The notes below the pieces were generated by a model. The model saw nothing but the letters and a program-made list of their open reading frames with translations. It did not search any database and had not been told where the DNA came from. A stretch of DNA of 51,549 nucleotides from Flavobacteriales bacterium (GTDB taxonomy: Bacteria; Bacteroidota; Bacteroidia; UBA4408): positions 1 to 51,549 of the forward strand of contig JBEICQ010000002.1 in the NCBI GenBank assembly GCA_040383885.1, in the 5' to 3' direction. The position numbers were made by a program, and so were the translations under genes. This document shows positions 45,538 through 51,549 of this stretch, one piece after another (within the stretch, counting starts at the first letter, position 1; the number at the start of each line of letters is the position of its first letter).

Positions 45538-46755
45538 TCAGGATTTAAGGGTTTGTACAACTTGCATCCGTATGACCTTCCACACAGGATAGGCGGAGAT
45601 CAGCAATCCTATACATAGCACAGCAAAGACTTGCCGGATAAAATAATCCGGATTCAGGGATGCCGGAATCACGGCTTCAAATCCAAACCTTTCCCACGAA
45701 CTACCAAGCTCGCCTGAAAATCGGATGGGGTGAACATGCAGATAATAGACTAAGGGTACACTGAAAACAAGGCCAATGAAACAACCTCCCATAACCGTTA
45801 ACAATGACTCCAAGGCAAGAAGCAGTGATAGTTTTGATTTAGACATACCAATGGCAAGCAGCATACCCAATTCTTTTTTTCTTTCTACCATCATCATGAG
45901 CATGGTTCCAAAAATGCCCATGCCCACCAAAAAATATAAAATCATGCGAAAGATGCCCGTGCTTACGCGGTCACTGTTAATATGCTGCCGGATATCAGGC
46001 ATCATTTCTTCCCAGGTAAGCACTTCAAATTGTTTTCCCATCATAGCGCGCAAATGGCTTGCCGCAGCATCCGGATGATCATTTTTTGTAAGCATCAACA
46101 CATAAGAGGTAATCAGATCATCCGCCGAAAACAATTCCTGAGCTAGTGTGAGGGGCATGAAAAGCACCTGGTCATTCAGCATGGGAGCACCAAACCTGAG
46201 TACGCCTCCGATGCGGTATTTCCCGGCTGCGGTTGATCCATGATATCCCTGACCAATCAGGATCAGCGTATCATTAACCTGCAGCTTAAGCCTGCGGAGC
46301 AATCCACTGCCAATCAGTACATCCTTGCTCTCAGCCCGCAGGTAATTGCCCAAAACCAGTTTTTTTTGAAGAGCGGTGCAATTATTTTCTTTCTTCGGAT
46401 CAATCCCAACAACCATTACGCCTTTGGTAATGTCATGGGAAGCCGCAAGCGCAAACGATTCAAGCCTTGGTGTAAGCGATGCGATATTGGCAATGGCAAG
46501 AATTTTTTTCTCATCATGGAGAGATCTCCGAAACCCGTTTTCAAGTGATGGTTCATTCTGATAGCCTGCTGCATGCACCTGAATGTAACCGCTGTAATAT
46601 CCCACAAGGTTTTCTACCAAATGTTCAAAGGCTCCGTTTTGCAGGCAAGTGAGGGTAACGGATAAAACCACTGCAAAAAATACAGCAGCCATGGAGACCA
46701 GCGTTCGCATGCGGTTTCGCCATAAATTGAGCCATGCCATTTTTATCAGCCACAT
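45538..46755 (-). CDS. ABC transporter permease, FtsX/MacB type; a paralogue of the previous gene
   Basis: The architecture is the same as the neighbouring permease: AWLNLWRNRMRTLVSMAAVFF, then a periplasmic domain, then RKKELGMLLAIGMSK in the FtsX module. Confidence 0.85.
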   Translation of the reverse strand: MWLIKMAWLNLWRNRMRTLVSMAAVFFAVVLSVTLTCLQNGAFEHLVENLVGYYSGYIQVHAAGYQNEPSLENGFRRSLHDEKKILAIANIASLTPRLESFALAASHDITKGVMVVGIDPKKENNCTALQKKLVLGNYLRAESKDVLIGSGLLRRLKLQVNDTLILIGQGYHGSTAAGKYRIGGVLRFGAPMLNDQVLFMPLTLAQELFSADDLITSYVLMLTKNDHPDAAASHLRAMMGKQFEVLTWEEMMPDIRQHINSDRVSTGIFRMILYFLVGMGIFGTMLMMMVERKKELGMLLAIGMSKSKLSLLLALESLLTVMGGCFIGLVFSVPLVYYLHVHPIRFSGELGSSWERFGFEAVIPASLNPDYFIRQVFAVLCIGLLISAYPVWKVIRMQVVQTLKS

Positions 46756-46756
46756 C

Positions 46757-47515
46757 TTATTGCAGATTTTTCATGTTGTCTATGATAAAAAAAACATCTT
46801 CGATGGGCCGGTCAAACAAGACCGATTTATAGATCATTTCGGTGCGCTGTTTCTTTTTATCTGCAGGAATCATTTCTATGCGAGTAGGAATAAGTCGGTT
46901 ATCCATCAGCATGACATCATAGGCATTCATCACGCTGATGAGGACTCCCTCCTCGTCATAAAAGCGCGTGTGCAGTTCGAGAAAGTCTTTTTTATCAATA
47001 CATAGTATCAGCTTGCCCCAAATGACTGCCGATTCAGGTTTGGGCAACAGTTCAATAAGATAACAAACACGGTTTCCGATAAGGGTATCGCCTATCGTTT
47101 TGTGGGTGTAGTCTGTGAGCACAGATGATTCTCTCACCAGGTCATCATTACTAAAATCAGTACCCATCCATGATTGCGCCATCATAGAGGGTGGAAGTTT
47201 GATCGTTCTTTCGAGCACTGGCATCCAGTTCCATACTTCTTTCTTTCTTTTTAAAAACGCAATACCCTTGTCTTTTTTTGGATCCTGAATCAATATCATG
47301 GAGTAATCGGTGCCCTTAGACCAGGCTTTAAGTTTAATTTCCCGCGTCCATGAAGGCCTGATGGTCCGAATAACCAACTCGGCCTGCAGGGTCTTTCCTC
47401 GCATCCTCGTATCTGCTTTTTTAACGATGTCGTATGCCTCCTGGCCAAACCCCTTACCAATCATCATCAGCGCATACCCCAATGAAAATAACAAGCGGAA
47501 GAAATCGTATTTCAT
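46757..47515 (-). CDS. LolA-fold outer membrane lipoprotein-sorting protein family (LolA_like)
   Basis: The start is taken at MKYDFFRLLFSLGYALMMIG (signal peptide). WMGTDFSNDDLVRES and the overall half-barrel pattern match what I recall of the LolA_like family. The stop lies 1 nt from the next start. Confidence 0.7.
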   Translation of the reverse strand: MKYDFFRLLFSLGYALMMIGKGFGQEAYDIVKKADTRMRGKTLQAELVIRTIRPSWTREIKLKAWSKGTDYSMILIQDPKKDKGIAFLKRKKEVWNWMPVLERTIKLPPSMMAQSWMGTDFSNDDLVRESSVLTDYTHKTIGDTLIGNRVCYLIELLPKPESAVIWGKLILCIDKKDFLELHTRFYDEEGVLISVMNAYDVMLMDNRLIPTRIEMIPADKKKQRTEMIYKSVLFDRPIEDVFFIIDNMKNLQ

Positions 47516-47695
47516 CAGGAGAAATGAGTTAAAATAACACAGAGGCAAAGAGTTTTCATAAGAAGAAGATAAAGGCAGCAGAGGGTTCCTGCAGCAGGTT
47601 GATCAAAGGTATACTAATTCGCCAATTCGATGCCTATCAAGTGACACTTTTTCACGAGATCATTACAACAGCAGCGAGAATTCTTTTTTGTAAAG

Positions 47696-47730
47696 TCATC
47701 TGATGAGAAATCAATCGCTTCATCCGATGA
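47696..47730. repeat. Twin 11-bp palindromes, TCATCnGATGA x2 with a 13-nt spacer
   Basis: TCATCTGATGA lies at 47696-47706 and TCATCCGATGA at 47720-47730. Each is internally palindromic and the two can also pair with each other (5 + 5 bp). They begin 3 nt downstream of the DUF2490 stop codon. Confidence 0.8.
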
Positions 47731-47733
47731 GCT

Positions 47734-48509
47734 TTATGGTTTTTCTGCTTCTGTAAAATCGAAGGAAAAGAGTGTATTAAGGATGATTCCATGATTGATC
47801 TGGAATGCTGTTTCGCCCCGGATGGTTCTTCCGTAACGAATCACCTGATTGAGATATCCCAGTTCGATTCGGAGCATCCGGTTGATGATTTTTCCCAATA
47901 AGATGCCCAAACGATTTTGGTCAAAAACATAGTCGCTACTTTTGCCACCCATACCCAAAAAAACTTCATCATAAAGCGCCAGATAGGGAAGCTTGATAGT
48001 AGTGTGTTCTGGGAAAAGTGGCATTTGAACCCTGCCCATATATCGAATGCGGTGTTTGGTTACGCGTAAATCCTCCTTTGCTGATGAAGCAGAAAGATAT
48101 TGTCCAACAAATCTTTGCTCAAGGATCAAACGGTGTTGCAAAACTGTTTTTTCCACTTTTGTTGTTAATTGTAGCATCTGAAAAACCCGATGTTCCGAAA
48201 AAGTTTTGCCATACACATTGATGGGAAACTCGCCATACGGAAAGGTTTCAATCCAGGCATATCCCACTCTTATTAAAAAAGATTGGCCGGGATGAAAGTT
48301 GATGCCTGCCCTTAGCAAACTCTGTTGCGGATGAGTAATGGTATGAAACCGCCGCCATTGGTACTCGGCATGAATGCCGATTTTTTTGAAAGTTGCAGCG
48401 TGGTAAAAACATTGTACCAACCGATACGTCCCCCAGTTTTGATGCCGGCAACACAAGTGAAGGATCCTAAGAGTAATGCGAAAAAGACAAGCATAACAGA
48501 TTTGTTCAT
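47734..48509 (-). pseudogene. DUF2490 family outer-membrane protein gene interrupted by a single-base frameshift in an A7 run
   Basis: One frame (ATG at 48509) gives the signal peptide plus GWYNVFTTLQLSKK. The adjacent frame continues IGIHAEYQWRRF...SEHRVFQ...LQHRLILEQRF...HRIRY...FDQNRLGILLG...GYLNQ, which is the DUF2490 pattern. The two frames join at the homopolymer at 48381-48387. Confidence 0.7.
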
Positions 48510-48591
48510 TCGGCTGATGACAAAGAAAGGCCTGTAAAGAAAAAAAGGAATCATCAAAACCAGAGGAAATATATTTTATCAGAGGCCATCA

Positions 48592-49911
48592 TCAATGTGT
48601 CTTGTTGAGGATTTTAGTCTGTAAGATTCTTCCATTTTCAAAAAGGCTCAGGAAATAGGTTCCGGGTGCAAGGGATTGCGTATTCAGCATCAATCCATTC
48701 TCGAAGAAATCAATCTCAGGAACAGGTATGTTTTGTCCCCACAGGGAAACTATTTTTACATGGATAGAAGTGACATCCGGCTTTTCTGAGAAAACAAACA
48801 ACTGCCGATCAAAAGGATTGGGATAAACAAGCATCCCGGAATTTGCAGCAAGCGAGGGCGCTGTGGTTGGAATACACTGAGGAGCCGTTCCTGCTTGTTC
48901 AATAAACACGCCATTGTTTGCACTCCAGTGAAACCAGGATAGGTTTCCGCTGCCTTGCCAATCCGGAACAGAAAAGGTGTTTGTGCCACTTGCTGTTCCC
49001 CTGATGCGACATGCTTTTACAGCCTGTCCTCCCCGCGACCAGGTGAGCGCCTGACCGGGATTACAATTTTCCGGTGCAGGTTGAGAGAGTTCGCAATTGG
49101 AAGAAATAAAATAAGCATTGTCGTCATTGGCAGGCCAACCGCCAAACACCCTTCCGGTTCCGGAGCTATCAATACAAACAGCGGTATATTCTTCACAGGC
49201 AATGGCTCTTGCAAACACACCATAATCCGCATAAATTTTTGCTAAAAATGTCATCAGCCTGCCTTTTCTGTCGGGATTGTCGAAATGGGTATCGGTGATT
49301 ACATTTTGTAAAACATCCTGTGCAATAAATCGTGTTGAGTCTACTGTAACCAGAGAATTATATGGATTGGCCAAAGCGACAGAGGAAGTAACGGTACCAT
49401 TTTGGGCTGAGAAATAAAATCCACCCTGAATGGCCATGCCTGCACTGGTTCCTCCGATGGTGATGTGTCGTTGCGCAACCATGGCATTGATGAGGCTGTC
49501 TGCAGGAGTATTTCGCCAGGTAGATAGATAAGACCACTGATCGCCGCCGGCAAACCAGATGGCTTCTGCCTGTGCAATTCGCTGCAGCACATAAGGATGA
49601 TAAGACGCGGCAGGACTTGTGCAAACAATGGTTTCAACCGAATGCACATCAATTCCCAGGTCGGTGTAGAGGTAGTTATTATATCCGTTGGCTCCCGAAG
49701 TACGCAAAACCAGGACATCGCCACCATTGGCCTGTTGAAGAAACCAGCGCATGGCGTTGTCGTCCTCGGTGGCGCCACCCATCAAACAAATACCGCCTTT
49801 GGGAGAGGTAAGCAGGTCGCTTGCATTACCGGTAAGATATGAGATATAGGGCTGAGCATGCAAAGCACATGATGCCAAACAGGCGAAGAAAAACAGGAGG
49901 AAGGGCTTCAT
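48592..49911 (-). CDS. Secreted S51 peptidase / cyanophycinase-like protein with a T9SS C-terminal sorting domain
   Basis: The start is taken at MKPFLLFFFACLASCALHAQ. AIWFAGGDQW and IGGTSAGMAIQG form the class I amidotransferase-like nucleophile elbow of cyanophycinase/S51. The C-terminal LVYPNPFDRQLFVF...GTYFLSLFENGRILQTKIL is a type A sorting domain. Confidence 0.75.
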   Translation of the reverse strand: MKPFLLFFFACLASCALHAQPYISYLTGNASDLLTSPKGGICLMGGATEDDNAMRWFLQQANGGDVLVLRTSGANGYNNYLYTDLGIDVHSVETIVCTSPAASYHPYVLQRIAQAEAIWFAGGDQWSYLSTWRNTPADSLINAMVAQRHITIGGTSAGMAIQGGFYFSAQNGTVTSSVALANPYNSLVTVDSTRFIAQDVLQNVITDTHFDNPDRKGRLMTFLAKIYADYGVFARAIACEEYTAVCIDSSGTGRVFGGWPANDDNAYFISSNCELSQPAPENCNPGQALTWSRGGQAVKACRIRGTASGTNTFSVPDWQGSGNLSWFHWSANNGVFIEQAGTAPQCIPTTAPSLAANSGMLVYPNPFDRQLFVFSEKPDVTSIHVKIVSLWGQNIPVPEIDFFENGLMLNTQSLAPGTYFLSLFENGRILQTKILNKTH

Positions 49912-50009
49912 GATGATATAAGAATTTCGGATGAGGTGAAGGTACATTTTTCCTAAAGCAAATCGATTGCTGCTCAACACAGAAAGGTTTGTTTTGGCTG
50001 ACAACTGCC

Positions 50010-50040
50010 TTTGGAGAATGAGGGTGTGTGCCTATCTTTG
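50010..50040 (+). promoter_or_regulatory. Bacteroidota promoter candidate for mutS (TTTG -33-like element plus TATCTTTG -7 box)
   Basis: TTTG lies at 50010-50013 and TATCTTTG (an exact TAnnTTTG match) at 50033-50040, separated by 19 nt. The -7 box ends 10 nt before the mutS ATG. Confidence 0.4.
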
Positions 50041-50050
50041 TTTGCGGGGA

Positions 50051-51549
50051 ATGGAGGAAAAAAACAGAAAAGGCAAAACAAAAAAGCCGGACAGCGGGAC
50101 AGAAACGCCCCTGATGAAACAATACAATTCCATCAAGGCAAAGTATCCTGATGCATTGTTGCTGTTCAGGGTGGGAGATTTTTATGAAACCTTTGGTGCT
50201 GATGCAGTAAAAGTTTCATCCATTCTCGGCATTGTGCTTACCCGGAGAAACAATGGCTCCAGCGGAGAGACTGAACTTGCAGGATTTCCCTATCATGCCC
50301 TCGATACTTACCTGCCTCGTTTGGTGAAAGCCGGAAACAGGGTGGCCATCTGCGATCAGCTGGAAGATCCGAAACAAACCAAAACCATTGTCAAGCGCGG
50401 TGTTACTGAACTGGTCACTCCGGGGATTTCATACAATGAAAAAACCCTGGAGCAAAGGCAGAACAATTTTTTGGCGTCCCTTTACTGGCCCCCGCAATAC
50501 CGCCCCGAAATGGCAAACAGTATTTGTGCAGCAGCTTTCCTGGATGTGAGCACGGGAGATTTTTTTGTTGCAGAAGGCAACAGCGCCTATATCCAAAAAC
50601 TTATTCAAAACCACATGCCAAGCGAAGTGGTTTTTCCTAAAAGTCGCCATCAATGGGCACAGGATTTCACAGAAAAAGGATGCTATCCTTACTCCATTGA
50701 TGATTGGGTTTACTCGGGCGATTATACCCATGAACTTTTGCGGAAGCAGTTGGGTACTCATTCATTGCGCGGCTTCGGGATAGAAGAGATGGAGGCCGGC
50801 ATTACTGCAGCGGGGGCCGCCTTGCATTATCTTAAAGAAACAGCGTCCAGAGAAACGGCGCATATCAACCGCATACAGCGCATCGAAGAAGACAAATATG
50901 TCTGGCTTGACAAGTTCACCCTCAGGAACCTTGAGGTTATTCATGGCATCAACGACAGAGCCGTTAGTCTTTGTCAGGTCATGGACCATACCCTCACACC
51001 CATGGGATCGAGGATGCTGAAGCGATGGCTGGTCATGCCCCTCAGGGATACTTACGCCATTGCTGAGCGCCAGGGTGTGGTGGAGTTGTTTATCCATGAG
51101 GAGCAACTTGTTAACGAGGCTTCAGAATTGTTGCGTCGCTGCGGAGATGTTGAACGACTGGTGTCCCGTGCTGCCGTGCAAAAAATTACCCCAAGAGAAG
51201 TAGTGCAGCTTGGACTTGCCCTTGCGAGTATGCAATTGTTTAGGGAGCTGCTGAAAAAGTATACAAGCAAAACCCTGGTAGCAAAGTGGCACGATCGGTT
51301 GAACCCCTGCGATTACCTCCTGCAAAAAATACAGGCCGAGGTGCGCGAGGATGCTCCACCGGCCTTGCACAAGGGAAGCATCTTCAGAGAAGGGGTAGAT
51401 GCAGAGCTGGATGAGTACAGAAGATTGCTCACTCATGGCAAAGAATACCTGCAAAAAATTCAGGAGCGTGAAGTACAGCGTACCGGTATTTCCTCACTCA
51501 AGATTTCCTACAACGCCGTGTTTGGCTATTACCTGGAGGTTACCCACAC
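50051..51549 (+). CDS. mutS: DNA mismatch repair protein MutS. N-terminal about 499 codons only; it continues beyond the right window edge.
   Basis: My own translation from ATG 50051 reads MEEKNRKGKTKKPDSGTETPLMKQYNSIKAKYPDALLLFRVGDFYETFGADAVKVSSILGIVLTRRNNG...LAGFPYHALDTYLPRLVKAGNRVAICDQLEDP. It contains the mismatch-binding GDFYETF motif. The frame is open to the window end, which explains its absence from the ORF track. Confidence 0.95.
   Translation, partial: MEEKNRKGKTKKPDSGTETPLMKQYNSIKAKYPDALLLFRVGDFYETFGADAVKVSSILGIVLTRRNNGSSGETELAGFPYHALDTYLPRLVKAGNRVAICDQLEDPKQTKTIVKRGVTELVTPGISYNEKTLEQRQNNFLASLYWPPQYRPEMANSICAAAFLDVSTGDFFVAEGNSAYIQKLIQNHMPSEVVFPKSRHQWAQDFTEKGCYPYSIDDWVYSGDYTHELLRKQLGTHSLRGFGIEEMEAGITAAGAALHYLKETASRETAHINRIQRIEEDKYVWLDKFTLRNLEVIHGINDRAVSLCQVMDHTLTPMGSRMLKRWLVMPLRDTYAIAERQGVVELFIHEEQLVNEASELLRRCGDVERLVSRAAVQKITPREVVQLGLALASMQLFRELLKKYTSKTLVAKWHDRLNPCDYLLQKIQAEVREDAPPALHKGSIFREGVDAELDEYRRLLTHGKEYLQKIQEREVQRTGISSLKISYNAVFGYYLEVTH

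Noticed and set aside
47696-47712. The CUGAUGAG hammerhead-ribozyme core motif on the plus strand (gtcatCTGATGAGaaatc).
   Set aside because: A hammerhead needs a stem II hairpin between CUGAUGA and GAAA, plus stems I and III around a UH cleavage site. Here GAAA follows immediately with no stem II, and no flanking helices can be drawn. The motif is simply half of the palindrome reported above.
1-51549. CRISPR arrays, transposases and IS elements, integrases, prophage or conjugative modules, reverse transcriptases (retron/DGR), and known defence or toxin-antitoxin genes.
   Set aside because: I looked for regularly spaced direct repeats and for the hallmark motifs of these families in every ORF of 60 aa or longer and found none. 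The only tandem or inverted repeats are the short ones listed above. Absence is judged by eye only; a CRISPR finder plus HMM scans (for example PADLOC or DefenseFinder) would be decisive.

Overview
This is a gene-dense chromosomal window, roughly nine-tenths coding, from a member of the Bacteroidota. The phylum call rests on T9SS C-terminal sorting domains on two secreted hydrolases, a DUF4270 gene wedged between a short glycogen synthase and glmS, MORN-variant repeat proteins and TAnnTTTG-type promoter boxes. I call 46 protein-coding genes, one DUF2490 gene broken by a single-base frameshift, and one tRNA-Cys(GCA). Two of the coding genes are cut by the window edges and are therefore missing from the ORF track: mnmG on the left and mutS on the right. 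Most of the content is housekeeping:
- tRNA U34 modification: mnmG, mnmA
- NAD metabolism: nadA, ACMSD
- central carbon and cell-wall precursor metabolism: rpiB, fbp, glmS, glycogen synthase, panC
- DNA repair: radA, mutL, mutS
- envelope glycosylation genes, peptidases and rhomboids

I found no CRISPR array, transposase, integrase or recombinase, no phage or conjugation genes, no reverse transcriptase, and no recognisable defence or toxin genes. I therefore cannot point to a clear-cut new system. The best candidates for uncharacterised biology are:
1. A tightly packed five-gene envelope-spanning export module: LolA-fold protein, two MacB/FtsX permeases, an ABC ATPase and a dedicated beta-barrel (42418-47515).
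2. An operon in which nadA is followed by a MORN-repeat protein and a cytoplasmic PAS/HisKA_2 kinase with a LytTR regulator. It lies beside an isolated ACMSD gene that is preceded by a Trp-containing mini-ORF and a tandem repeat.
3. A GT2-SDR-SDR-GT4 sugar-modification locus, together with dispersed polyprenyl-phosphate-sugar machinery (GT87, GtrA, a second DPM1-like GT2).
4. A homopolymer frameshift in DUF2490.

All functional calls come from reading motifs by eye. No database search was possible.
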